From: a virus
Lineage: Duplodnaviria > Caudoviricetes
Direction: 5' to 3' (one strand)
IMG/VR virus record: IMGVR_UViG_3300049138_000306
Coordinates: 1-37,639 of that record
Length of the DNA stretch: 37,639 nucleotides
Under the pieces are notes generated by a model. It was given only the letters and a program-made list of their open reading frames with translations, was not told where the DNA came from and ran no database searches. This document shows, piece by piece, positions 1 to 8,773 of the stretch (position 1 is the first letter of the stretch; every line of letters begins with the position of its first letter). Made by a program: the position numbers and the translations under genes.

Positions 1-1467
1 CTAGCCCCTACGGCTCTTGCCCTTCGCTTCCTTCTCCTTGGCGACCTGATCGAGCAGTTCGGCCCGTCGGGCCTTGCGCTCGGCGAGGCGTTCGTCGGCG
101 CCCTTCCGGTCGTTGATCTCGAAGCGGGCGTCGGTGCCGCGGGGGGCGACCGTCGCGACGATGTTCGGATCGGTCGGCTGCCACTCGAACTCGTAGTCGC
201 CGATCCGCACGAACGAGCCCGGCTTCGCGCCCTGCTTCATGAGCGCGTCCTCGACGCCGAGGTTGGCGAGTCGGTCGGCGAGGTAGCCGATGGCTTCCTC
301 GTTCTCGAAGTTCGTCTGGCTGATCCAGCGCTCCGGCTTGGCGCCGGTGACGATGAATTCGACGTCCCCTTCGAAGGCCGGCTTCACCCTCTTGATGGAG
401 AAGCCGGAGTCGTCGACGGCCGCCGGGCGGATCACCAGACGCGTCGCCTCGACCGGCGGCTGCGCTTCGCGGAACTCCACCACCTGCTTGGCGAAGGCGA
501 AGTTCAGTTCCTTCAGGCCCTCGCGGCTGACGGCGCTGACGAGGAGGACCGGCCAGCCGTACCGCTTCTCGACCTCTTCGCGCACGTACTCGGCGAGCTC
601 GCGGCCGTCGGGGATGTCGACCTTGTTGAGGACGACGATGCGCGGCCGGTCGGCGAGGCCGCCGTACTCGGCGAGCTCGTGCTCCAGGGCGTCGATGTCG
701 GAGACCGGGTCGCGGTCGGTTTCGAGGCTGGCGCAGTCGACCACGTGGGCGAGGACCGCGCAGCGCTCGATATGCCGCAGGAACTGGAGGCCGAGGCCCT
801 TCCCTGTGGCGGCACCCGGGATGAGGCCCGGGACGTCGGCGATCGTGTAGGTGATCTCACCCGCGGAGACGACCCCGAGGTTGGGAGCCAGCGTCGTGAA
901 CGGGTAGTCGGCGATCTTCGGCCGGGCTGCCGACATCGCGGCGATGAGGGAGGACTTGCCCGCCGAGGGGAATCCGACGAGGCCGACGTCGGCCACACTC
1001 TTGAGTTCGAGGACGACCTCGAGCTCGTCGCCGGCCTCGCCCAGCTCGGCGAAGCCGGGCACTTTCCTCTTGGAGCTGACGAGGGCCTTGTTGCCACGGC
1101 CGCCTCGCCCGCCCTGCGCGACCGTCACCTCGGTGCCGATGCCGGTCATGTCGGCGAGGATCTCGCCGTCGGAGTAGATGACGGTGCCGTTGGGGACGGA
1201 CACCCGGATGGACTCGCCCGAGGCGCCGTCGCGGTTGGAGCCGGCGCCGTGCTTGCCGTTGCCGCCCTGCAGGCGGGTCTGGAAGTGGAAGTCGAGCAGG
1301 GTGTGCACGTTCGGGTCCACGACGAAGACCACATCACCCCCGTGGCCGCCGTTGCCGCCGTCGGGGCCGCCGAGCGGCTTGAACTTCTCACGGTGGACCG
1401 ACACACAGCCGTTGCCACCTTTACCGGCAACGACCTGGAGATTTACGCGGTCTACGAAACTTGTCAC
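1..1467 (-). CDS. obgE: GTPase ObgE/CgtA (host)
   Basis: Gly-rich Obg N-terminus ([27 protein letters not shown]), G1 [25 protein letters not shown]-like C-terminal domain. TACCCT lies 6 nt before the GTG, suggesting a leaderless transcript. Confidence 0.97.
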   Translation of the reverse strand: MTSFVDRVNLQVVAGKGGNGCVSVHREKFKPLGGPDGGNGGHGGDVVFVVDPNVHTLLDFHFQTRLQGGNGKHGAGSNRDGASGESIRVSVPNGTVIYSDGEILADMTGIGTEVTVAQGGRGGRGNKALVSSKRKVPGFAELGEAGDELEVVLELKSVADVGLVGFPSAGKSSLIAAMSAARPKIADYPFTTLAPNLGVVSAGEITYTIADVPGLIPGAATGKGLGLQFLRHIERCAVLAHVVDCASLETDRDPVSDIDALEHELAEYGGLADRPRIVVLNKVDIPDGRELAEYVREEVEKRYGWPVLLVSAVSREGLKELNFAFAKQVVEFREAQPPVEATRLVIRPAAVDDSGFSIKRVKPAFEGDVEFIVTGAKPERWISQTNFENEEAIGYLADRLANLGVEDALMKQGAKPGSFVRIGDYEFEWQPTDPNIVATVAPRGTDARFEINDRKGADERLAERKARRAELLDQVAKEKEAKGKSRRG

Positions 1468-1519
1468 CTACCAAGGGTAGCCACCGCCAAGACCCCCGGA
1501 GGACGGAGGCTGCAGCGCA

Positions 1520-1528
1520 TGCTAAAGT
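1520..1528 (+). promoter_or_regulatory. Extended -10 (TGnTAAAGT) for tRNA-Lys
   Basis: TGcTAAAGT lies about 55 nt upstream of the tRNA. Confidence 0.45.
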
Positions 1529-1582
1529 TTCTCCTCGTGCGAGAGACACCGGCGAAAACGCCTGGTCGAACTCAATCATCTT

Positions 1583-1658
<76 letters not shown>

Positions 1659-1678
1659 CAACTGAAGTGATACTTCAC

Positions 1679-1716
1679 ACGGCCTGACCAGTGCATTCGC
1701 ATCGGTCAGGCCGTTT
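1679..1716. terminator. Hairpin between tRNA and integrase stop
   Basis: ACGGCCTGACC (1679-1689) pairs with GGTCAGGCCGT (1704-1714), followed by TT. A small palindrome TGAAGT-gat-ACTTCA sits at 1663-1677. Confidence 0.65.
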
Positions 1717-3439
1717 CGTATGCGGGCAGGAGGTCCGCGATGCTGTCGATCTCCGTGCCGCTAGTGGCGGCCATAGTGGTGCGGCCCTTGGTGTAGTGCT
1801 GGCCCATCCGGTCGGCGGCCTCCAGCAGCAGCTCATCGGGAACGTCCTGATATCGGGTGATCATCGCCTCAGACGTCCACCCGAACATCGCCATCACGAC
1901 GCGCCGGTCGACGCCCATCACGAGCGCGGCCTTCGCCGCGTTCCTGCGGTTCACGTGCGGCTCGCGATAGGCGACGGCGGCCTCCTCGGTGATCTCGTTC
2001 CACTCGTCCCAGTCCCGCCTTGGGTCGACGGGCCTCCCGAGCTCATCGCAGAAGATCGCCTGCCACCGGTCACCCTCCCACTTCGATCCCGCGCGCCGGC
2101 GCAGTTCTTCCCGGTAGACGAGCCACTGGTTGATCGCCAGCCGCGCGTACTCGGGCAGGGCCGCCCGCCGCTTGCCCGCCTCCGTCTTCGGCTCCAGGCC
2201 CTTCTCCTCCCCACGATCCCGCTTCCGACCGCGCTGGCGGCCGGTCACCGGTGACGGCTTGGCGGTAGCCTCCTCTGCGCCCTCCTCCTCCGGTGTGCTC
2301 AACATCAGAGTCAGGCCGCCGGTCCGCTGAGGGCACTTGATGGCGTGGCCGGCGCAGTCGACGGGGCAGGGCTTGCAGTTTTTGTGCTTGGAGCAGCGGC
2401 CCTTGAACCGGTCAGGGCAGGTCCTCGCGTGCCGGGTGCACCCGGATTTGCAGCGCTGGCGGATCTTCCGGGCCGGTGCCGCGGCGGCGCGCTCGCGTTC
2501 CTCGAACGGGTAGTAGAGGCGCCCGCAGTGCGGCCGAGCGCACGCCTGCGGATCCTTGCACCCGTGCTCCCAGACCTGGCCCGGGCACACCTCGCCGCGA
2601 TGATGCGGCGCCGCGCATGCGACCGGGTCGGCGCAGCCGTGCTTGTACTTCCGCCTCTGAAGCTGCCATCGCACGTCGACGAGCCCGGTGTCGGGGTCGT
2701 AGCAGTCCAGCCGCAGGCCGAGCGCCTCCCCCTGGCGAGACCCGAGGCACGCCACGTGCCACCGGGCGGCCTGTCGGACTGACCGCCAGTCCGTCCGGTT
2801 GCGCCGACGCTCCAGTACCTCGATCAGCCGTTCGACCTCGCGGTCGTCGAAGCTCTTCGGCGAGTTGGCCTTGACTTCTGGCGGCTTCACCTTCGACACG
2901 GGATTGGAGTCGATCAGGCCCTCGGCCACGGCCTCGTTGAGTGCCTTGCGGGCAGTCGCGTGGACGTGCCCGATCGACCCCGCCGACAGGCCCTCCAGCT
3001 CCAGCTCCCGGTACAACGTCTTGAAGTGGCTCGGCACGAGCTCCTCGAGCTCGAAACCTCCGCGCCGCGGCTTGAGGTAGAGACGGGCCTGCGGCTCGTA
3101 GGTGCGCTCGACCGTGTTCTCGTTCGCCGAGACCGGCGCCAGCTCCTCCAGCCAGTAGTCGAGCCACGCGTCGAACTTCCATTTCCGGCCCATGGGGGCC
3201 GGCTTCTTCGCCGCTCGCTTCGCCTCGAGATCGAGGACCTTCTCGGCGAGCTTGGCCGGGTCGTAGCTCTGGCGGTGGAGCTTCTTCATCCGGCCGTCGT
3301 CGCCGCGGCCCCAGTACACGTCGGCGTTCCACGTCCCGCTCGAGGCGAGGTAGTAAATCGGTGTCTTCGGCGTGTCGAGGCCGGCATCTTCCAGGGCGGC
3401 CTTCAGTTCTTGTGTCTTGTCCTCGGGCAGATTGCCCAT
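1706..3439 (-). CDS. int: Tyrosine integrase with Cys/His-rich insertion
   Basis: Core-binding domain (FDAWLDYWLEE...NPVSKV); catalytic R (GSRQGE), K (PKT), HxxR (HVNR), W (FGW), Y (RYQ); adjacent to the tRNA. Confidence 0.93.
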   Translation of the reverse strand: MGNLPEDKTQELKAALEDAGLDTPKTPIYYLASSGTWNADVYWGRGDDGRMKKLHRQSYDPAKLAEKVLDLEAKRAAKKPAPMGRKWKFDAWLDYWLEELAPVSANENTVERTYEPQARLYLKPRRGGFELEELVPSHFKTLYRELELEGLSAGSIGHVHATARKALNEAVAEGLIDSNPVSKVKPPEVKANSPKSFDDREVERLIEVLERRRNRTDWRSVRQAARWHVACLGSRQGEALGLRLDCYDPDTGLVDVRWQLQRRKYKHGCADPVACAAPHHRGEVCPGQVWEHGCKDPQACARPHCGRLYYPFEERERAAAAPARKIRQRCKSGCTRHARTCPDRFKGRCSKHKNCKPCPVDCAGHAIKCPQRTGGLTLMLSTPEEEGAEEATAKPSPVTGRQRGRKRDRGEEKGLEPKTEAGKRRAALPEYARLAINQWLVYREELRRRAGSKWEGDRWQAIFCDELGRPVDPRRDWDEWNEITEEAAVAYREPHVNRRNAAKAALVMGVDRRVVMAMFGWTSEAMITRYQDVPDELLLEAADRMGQHYTKGRTTMAATSGTEIDSIADLLPAYETA

Positions 3440-3443
3440 GTTG

Positions 3444-3758
3444 TTACTCCCGTGAGAACAGGTTTGTGACGTCAGCGTCGCGGCTTCCGTTGCTGCGGTT
3501 GGTGGTGTCGCCGTAGCCGGGGCGCACCGATGAGGCCAGCGCGACCGTGGTGATGAGTCCTTCGAGCCGGCTGACTCGCTCGGCAGCCCAAAGGAAGCCG
3601 ATGGTGCCGAGCTTGATCAGGAAGAGTGCGATCGCCCAGATCCGGGCTGGCTGGGGGAACTCGATCGCCGGCGAAACGAGGGCGGTCAGCTCGGCGGTGA
3701 CTAGGACCGCGAGGCCGACGATCGCGACGATTGAGAGAACGTAACGGCATGCGCGCAT
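3444..3758 (-). CDS. Small two-TM membrane protein in the immunity region
   Basis: GGAGG 6 nt before ATG 3758; two hydrophobic segments; lies between repressor and integrase. Confidence 0.7.
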   Translation of the reverse strand: MRACRYVLSIVAIVGLAVLVTAELTALVSPAIEFPQPARIWAIALFLIKLGTIGFLWAAERVSRLEGLITTVALASSVRPGYGDTTNRSNGSRDADVTNLFSRE

Positions 3759-3858
3759 GCGGAACCTCCGCGCCCTAAGGCGGTTCGAGCATCCCCATGC
3801 CGATCGTCGTGACATCGTGTCACACGAGGCACACGACTAGCGTCCCCCGAACGGGTGA

Positions 3859-4269
3859 TTACCCTGCCGCCTCGTGTCGGCCTGGTTCGCCGGCGGCACT
3901 TTCGGCGCGGTCCCTCGCCATCGCTGCGATGAACGCGATCTGATCGCGGACCCGGTCTCGTTCGTTGCCCTCCGGCAGCAGCGAGACCGCAACTGCGAGG
4001 TCAGCGATCGAGGGATCGAGCGTGGCGTCGGCCGGCTCTAGGATCCCCAGACCCAACATGACGACGAACCGCGGGACCTTGAGACCGTCGGCGAACTTGC
4101 GCGCGTTCTTCAGGCCCGGCGCGATCTCGTCGGTCTCCCACTTCCCGATCAGGGTGTTGTGGACGCCCGACTTCCGAGCGGCGCTGGACTTCGTTTCCCC
4201 CAGGGCAGCGAGCAACCGCTTCACGAATTGCCCGGGCGTTTCTTCCGGGTTCGGGTCGATGTTGCTCAC
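3859..4269 (-). CDS. XRE/CI-like immunity repressor
   Basis: HTH (KSSAARKSGVHNTLIGKWETDEIAP), divergent from cro. TATGCT 7 nt before GTG 4269 suggests a leaderless start; alternative ATG at 4281. Confidence 0.85.
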   Translation of the reverse strand: MSNIDPNPEETPGQFVKRLLAALGETKSSAARKSGVHNTLIGKWETDEIAPGLKNARKFADGLKVPRFVVMLGLGILEPADATLDPSIADLAVAVSLLPEGNERDRVRDQIAFIAAMARDRAESAAGEPGRHEAAG

Positions 4270-4276
4270 GTGCACG

Positions 4277-4482
4277 AGCATAGCGGACCCTCGCAGACCC
4301 CTCGGGGCCTTGGCTGGCGGCCGATTTCGCTGGTGGATTGGTACAGACGGACGGGAATTCAATGCCGTAGGCATGGCTTCTGAGCGTGCATGCATGCAAC
4401 TCAGACTAGCGGAGAACGGACTAGGAGGCATCACCCGTTCGGGGGATGTAGCATGCATGCACGCTAGTGTTAGTCTCGATCC
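4277..4482. promoter_or_regulatory. Divergent lysis/lysogeny switch with candidate operators
   Basis: -10 boxes at 4277-4282 (minus) and 4471-4476 (TAGTCT, plus); perfect 15-bp inverted repeat 4383-4397/4451-4465; quasi-palindrome TCACCCGTTCGGGGGA at 4431-4446. Confidence 0.75.
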
Positions 4483-4734
4483 ATGGCACACGGGGTAGCA
4501 CAGAGAGCAAAGATCAAGCTCAACGTGGGCATATTTGATGAGATCACGGCAGCAATGGGACTCGGCAGCGATGCCGCAGTAGCACGCATGCTTGGTGTAC
4601 ATCGATCGACGGTGCTGCGTCTTCGTGCTGGTTCAGTGGAGCCGTCAGCAGACGTGATGTATCAAATCGCCGAGAAGCTCGGCATTCATGTGACCGTCAT
4701 TTTCACTCGCGAGCACGAGAGCACGGAGGCGTAG
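4483..4734 (+). CDS. Cro-like HTH regulator
   Basis: HTH SDAAVARMLGVHRSTVLRLRAG; divergent from the repressor; leaderless. Confidence 0.85.
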   Translation: MAHGVAQRAKIKLNVGIFDEITAAMGLGSDAAVARMLGVHRSTVLRLRAGSVEPSADVMYQIAEKLGIHVTVIFTREHESTEA

Positions 4735-4736
4735 CG

Positions 4737-4928
4737 ATGCCCGATCAACTCGAAACCACGTACACGGCCACCGAGGTGGCCGAGCTGCTGCGGGTCTCGC
4801 CCGAGACCGTGCGGGCGCTGTGCCGGGACAAGAAGATCGGCCGAATCCAGATCGGACGCCAGTACCTCATCCCGGAATCGGACTTCCAGGCGTACTGGCA
4901 GAGCTGCTACGAGCCGGCCACCACTTAG
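4737..4928 (+). CDS. xis: Excisionase-like HTH_17 protein
   Basis: YTATEVAELLRVSPETVRALCRDKKIGRIQIGRQYLIP matches the MerR-like excisionase pattern. Confidence 0.85.
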   Translation: MPDQLETTYTATEVAELLRVSPETVRALCRDKKIGRIQIGRQYLIPESDFQAYWQSCYEPATT

Positions 4929-4979
4929 ACCTCCCGGCCGAGCTTGAGGGGGCTCGGTCGGGACAGGGCCCGCCCTCAT

Positions 4980-5055
4980 CGCGGCGTAGAGCAGCCAGGC
5001 AGCTCGCCGACCGGTCATAGGTCGGAGGTCGGAGGTTCAAATCCTTCCGCCGCTA
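4980..5055 (+). tRNA. Phage tRNA-fMet-like gene with aberrant anticodon arm (tRNA-like RNA or pseudo-tRNA)
   Basis: C1xT72 mismatch, acceptor GCGGCG/CGCCGC, D stem GAGC/GCTC, T arm GGAGG-TTCAAAT-CCTTC, A73. Anticodon arm CCGAC-CGGTCATAG-GTCGG has a 9-nt loop. No encoded CCA. Confidence 0.8.
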
Positions 5056-5128
5056 CGACAGAAGACGAGGTCCCAGCCGCGCTATCGGCTGAGACCTCTA
5101 CAGGGCACGACGCGAAGGAGATGCCCCG

Positions 5129-5584
5129 ATGAACCAGAACGATAACCGACCCGCCGAGTCGCAGCAACGCCACGTGATCGACTCCGCCACGGCCGAGGAG
5201 CGCCGGCGCCGCGCCACGCACGCCAGCCTCGTGAACGGCCTCCTGGACATGGCCGACGTCTTCGCCGACGCCGGACCCGACGCCGGACTTATCCACACCC
5301 ACTCCTGCGCCGCTGTGCACCTGAGCATCTCGCGGTCGCTTGACGGCGACCTCAGCGAGCGTCTCGGCAGGATCGCCTCGATCGCGGGCATCCTCGGCGT
5401 CCCGGTCACCAGCCGCGATCTCAAGAACGGCGGCTGGATCTTCGAGCTGCGCCGCGAGTTCACCGAGCACGCCGTCTACATGGCCTCCACCATCGTCGAC
5501 TCCGATGAAGTCGAAGCCGCCGGCGAGGCGCTGGCCGAGGCCATCGCCGAGGCCCAAGCGGTCGAGGGCGGTGCGTCCCGATGA
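5129..5584 (+). CDS. Hypothetical early phage protein
   Basis: AAGGAG RBS; GC3-rich codons; coupled to the next ORF. Confidence 0.75.
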   Translation: MNQNDNRPAESQQRHVIDSATAEERRRRATHASLVNGLLDMADVFADAGPDAGLIHTHSCAAVHLSISRSLDGDLSERLGRIASIAGILGVPVTSRDLKNGGWIFELRREFTEHAVYMASTIVDSDEVEAAGEALAEAIAEAQAVEGGASR

Positions 5585-6087
5585 GCCGCGAGACCGAACG
5601 CCGCGAGCAGCTGATCCAGGGCCTGCGCGACCTGGCCGACATGATCGAGACCGGCACGCTGCCGGTGGACCTCCACGACGACATCGTGGTCCGCCACTGC
5701 GTGCACGCGCGCCCCGCGAGCGGCGTCGCCGAGATCGACCGCATCGCCCGACTCATCGATGCCCCCGCGGAGACCGTAGGCACGAAGACGAAGTCCGTGC
5801 ACACCACGCGACGCAGGTTCAGCGAGTCGCTGGTGTACGAAGCACGCTTCCAGCGGTCCCGCCAGCACCCGTGGCCCGAACCTGCGGAGGGACCCTGGCG
5901 GATCCGCTACATGCCCGCCGCCGAGCAGCTGGTCGAGCTGGAAACGGCAACACTGCCCGAGGCCATCGACGAGGCGCGGGCGATGCGCGACGCCGGCCTG
6001 ATCCCGACGCGGATCCAAGGTCCCGAGCCCCGGATCCCACTCTCGGGAGAACGCCTGGACAAGGCGCTGCGGGGAGGTCAGTCCTGA
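5581..6087 (+). CDS. Hypothetical early phage protein
   Basis: ATGA overlap; codon bias. Confidence 0.75.
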   Translation: MSRETERREQLIQGLRDLADMIETGTLPVDLHDDIVVRHCVHARPASGVAEIDRIARLIDAPAETVGTKTKSVHTTRRRFSESLVYEARFQRSRQHPWPEPAEGPWRIRYMPAAEQLVELETATLPEAIDEARAMRDAGLIPTRIQGPEPRIPLSGERLDKALRGGQS

Positions 6088-6443
6088 TGTTCCGCCGCAA
6101 CCCGAACCGCCGCGACCGCCGCGCCGCTGCGCGCGGCCCGGTCGTCACCCGCACCGCGGCCGACGCGCACCACGTCGGCGAGATCGTCCGTGTCCTGCGA
6201 CAGCACGGCGTTGTCGACCTGGTCCGGATCGAACAGCTCTGGACCTCCTACAGCGGCAACATCGAGATGCTCACGGTCCGCCATGCTCCGCGCGGAATCC
6301 AGACGTTCACCGTCCGGGCCGACGCGGTCCTGCCCGACGACGCCCCGGATGTCCGGCACGACGCGACCGAGTGCCAGCCGCGGTGCGAGACGCACCTCAT
6401 CGAGATCGCCGCCGCCCGCGACAACGAGCGGGAGGCGTCATGA
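6087..6443 (+). CDS. Hypothetical protein (MFRRNPNRR...)
   Basis: GGAGG RBS and TGATG coupling. This is the real part of track ORF 5340..6443. Confidence 0.7.
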   Translation: MFRRNPNRRDRRAAARGPVVTRTAADAHHVGEIVRVLRQHGVVDLVRIEQLWTSYSGNIEMLTVRHAPRGIQTFTVRADAVLPDDAPDVRHDATECQPRCETHLIEIAAARDNEREAS

Positions 6444-6793
6444 ACACCGCGCATCGCACCGGCGACACCGCCGACACTGTCGAGCTGCCGACGTTCACTC
6501 GCGCGGTCGGCGGCACCGACCCGCACCCGGCGACGGTAGAGGACCTGATCGGCGGCATCGACGACCAGGTCGACGCCATCTGGTCCGCCTCGGCATCGCA
6601 GGGCACGGTCGAGGACGCCGACGCGTTCTGGTCCGCTACCCGCGAGCTGGTCACCCTGGCGCAGTCGCTGGAAGGGCGCGCTGGCGAACGGGCCGAGATG
6701 CTCCGCTCGACCGCGGCCGCCGCGATGGACGGTGACTCCCACGACTACGACGCGGTAATGGCCCGCGTGCACGGGGACGAGGTCCCGCGATGA
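6440..6793 (+). CDS. Hypothetical protein (MNTAHRTG...)
   Basis: GGAGG RBS; ATGA overlap. Confidence 0.7.
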   Translation: MNTAHRTGDTADTVELPTFTRAVGGTDPHPATVEDLIGGIDDQVDAIWSASASQGTVEDADAFWSATRELVTLAQSLEGRAGERAEMLRSTAAAAMDGDSHDYDAVMARVHGDEVPR

Positions 6794-6888
6794 TCACCGT
6801 CCTCGCCACCGCCGTCCTCGCCGTCGTCGGCCCCGCAGTCCTCCTCGCCGTCGCGCTGTGGTCTCCCTACTCCGGGAGGCACCGGTGA
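6790..6888 (+). CDS. 32-aa single-TM peptide
   Basis: MITVLATAVLAVVGPAVLLAVALWSPYSGRHR; GAGG RBS; ATGA/GTGA coupling on both sides; below the ORF-track cutoff. Confidence 0.6.
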   Translation: MITVLATAVLAVVGPAVLLAVALWSPYSGRHR

Positions 6889-7145
6889 AGCGCCTCGACC
6901 GGAACCTGGTCGCCCGCGCCGTCGAGCTGGCCGTCCTCACCTACGTGATCATCGCCGCCCGCGCGTGGCTGGCCGTGGTCGTGCTCGCCCTGGCCCTCCT
7001 CGTCGTGGTTCTCGCGGCCGCGCTGATCGGCACCCGAGTGCGGCTCCGCGAGATCACCGCCCACGACAGGGCCGTGTCCTACTACCTCGCCACCTACTAC
7101 GGGAGCGACTACGCGCCCGCCGAAGGCGACGAGGTGCACCGATGA
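6885..7145 (+). CDS. Small membrane protein
   Basis: GGAGG RBS, GTG start, long hydrophobic stretch. Confidence 0.65.
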   Translation: MKRLDRNLVARAVELAVLTYVIIAARAWLAVVVLALALLVVVLAAALIGTRVRLREITAHDRAVSYYLATYYGSDYAPAEGDEVHR

Positions 7146-7432
7146 ACGACTACGCCTCCCTGCTCCTGGTCTTCACCGCCGCCGTCGGCGCGGCCCTCGG
7201 GATCACGCTGGTCCGCTGGGCCACGCGGGCCTCGGCGCGCGAGATCCGGCACCGCCTGGCCCTGCTCGGCCTGCTGGCCCTCACCGTCGCCGGCGCCGGG
7301 GTCGCCGCCCCGACACCATGGACGCCCGACGCGCTCGAGGGAGCGGCCAGGATCGCGGCCCGCATCGCCCTGGCGGGCCTGCTGGCCCTGCTGTGGACGT
7401 ACTGGCTGCGAGCCGAACGGCGGTCATCATGA
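7142..7432 (+). CDS. Small three-TM membrane protein
   Basis: GAGG RBS, ATGA overlap, three hydrophobic segments. Confidence 0.7.
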   Translation: MNDYASLLLVFTAAVGAALGITLVRWATRASAREIRHRLALLGLLALTVAGAGVAAPTPWTPDALEGAARIAARIALAGLLALLWTYWLRAERRSS

Positions 7433-7659
7433 CCGGCCTCCACCCGATCACCGCCATCGCCTTCGCCGTGGCCGTCCTCGCCCTGACCGTCCTGGCCGCC
7501 GCCGCCCGGCGGTCGCGGTCGCGCTGGCTCGACGAGCCGACAGAGCGCCTGCCGATCCTCGGCAACGACGTCCACGCCTTCGACGAGATCGCCCGCCTCG
7601 AGCGCGGCGACCCCGACCCCGACTTGGCCGCGCTGGCCCGCGGCCCACACCAAACCTGA
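7429..7659 (+). CDS. Small single-TM protein
   Basis: ATGA overlap; N-terminal TM followed by RRSRSR. Confidence 0.65.
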   Translation: MTGLHPITAIAFAVAVLALTVLAAAARRSRSRWLDEPTERLPILGNDVHAFDEIARLERGDPDPDLAALARGPHQT

Positions 7660-7719
7660 CACCCGCGCGGGCTCGCGACCGCTGCTCGACGCGACCCCGC
7701 CAACACCTTGGAGCACAAC

Positions 7720-8268
7720 GTGAACGACCTGATCACCACCAGTACCTGCGTCGCCTGCCGCCTTTCCGGTGTCGCCGTCAAACTGCCCAACCCCATCCAG
7801 TACCCCGACGCGATCGCCGAGCCCGTCTGCACCGAGTGCACGCCGCTGCACCCGTTGGAACTCGGCGCCGCCGCCCTCACCGACCCGACACCTGCCGAGC
7901 GCGCCCGCGCCGAATCGGTCTGGCGATCCCTCCTCGACCCCGGCGCGCCCTGCCGCTGCTCAGGCCAAGGGAAGGACGCCGACGGCAAGCCCACGCAATG
8001 CCACCACGGCACCCCGTGCGACGAGGACTGCGACGGCGGCATCCTCCACGTCGACCGCTACGCCGTCGGCCTGATCTCGTCCCCGGACTGGTGGATGGAC
8101 GAATACGCCTGCTCGGACTGCACCAACTTCTACGCGATCGAACTCCAGCTGCCCGACATCCCCTGGGGCGTCATGCAGCACAACGACCGCGGCGACTTCA
8201 GCGGCTACGAGCTGTACGAGGGCATCCGCCACGGCCAGTTCAACACCAGCGACGACGAGGACGAGTAG
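7720..8268 (+). CDS. Cys-rich hypothetical protein
   Basis: GGAG RBS then GTG; several CxxC motifs (CVAC, CTEC, CSDC). Confidence 0.7.
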   Translation: MNDLITTSTCVACRLSGVAVKLPNPIQYPDAIAEPVCTECTPLHPLELGAAALTDPTPAERARAESVWRSLLDPGAPCRCSGQGKDADGKPTQCHHGTPCDEDCDGGILHVDRYAVGLISSPDWWMDEYACSDCTNFYAIELQLPDIPWGVMQHNDRGDFSGYELYEGIRHGQFNTSDDEDE

Positions 8269-8270
8269 TC

Positions 8271-8768
8271 ATGGCCGACACCGAACCCACGATCCCCGAG
8301 CGGCTGCGCCGTCTCCACCGCCTGTACCTCGCCGAGGCGGGCGCGATCGCCGGAGACGTCGGTCCCCTGACCGGTCCGCACATGTCCGCTACCGGTCGGC
8401 TCGGCCGCACCGCGCTGCGCCGCATCAACGACGAACTCGCCGCGCTCGGCGCCATCGCCGCGGAGCGCGGCTGCACACCTGAGGAGATCGCGCGCATCAG
8501 CATGGTCCTCGTCGACGAGCTCCGCATCGCCGCCCGCCACACGGTGCGGCTTGGCATCGCCCAGGCCGCGTTCCGCGACGCCGAGAAATCCGGCGCCTAC
8601 ATCCCGAAGTCGCAGCTTGTCGAGGAGCGTCGTCACCTCCGGGATGAAGCCGACAGCGCTCAGCACCGCGCACTGAAGGCCATCCGCGCCGTGCTCCACG
8701 TCTTCAACGAGATCACCGAAACCGAGCTGGCCGAGCGCAAGCTCCACGTCTCCGAGCCGAACGGATAG
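8271..8768 (+). CDS. Hypothetical helical protein (MADTEPTIPE...)
   Basis: ATG 2 nt after the previous stop; codon bias. Confidence 0.7.
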   Translation: MADTEPTIPERLRRLHRLYLAEAGAIAGDVGPLTGPHMSATGRLGRTALRRINDELAALGAIAAERGCTPEEIARISMVLVDELRIAARHTVRLGIAQAAFRDAEKSGAYIPKSQLVEERRHLRDEADSAQHRALKAIRAVLHVFNEITETELAERKLHVSEPNG

Positions 8769-8773
8769 CAGCC

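Noticed and set aside
3808-3824. CRP/GlxR box
   Set aside because: The CGTGA...TCACA spacer is 7 nt rather than 6; recorded only as a generic palindrome.
3843-4446. Established invertible promoter or shufflon
   Set aside because: No dedicated invertase is visible and the repeats are themselves quasi-palindromic, which fits operators better. Kept only as a minor alternative.
4980-5055. Selenocysteine tRNA or functional opal suppressor (UCA centred in a 7-nt loop)
   Set aside because: Short variable loop, normal acceptor length, G at 33 and U at 37; the body is fMet-like.
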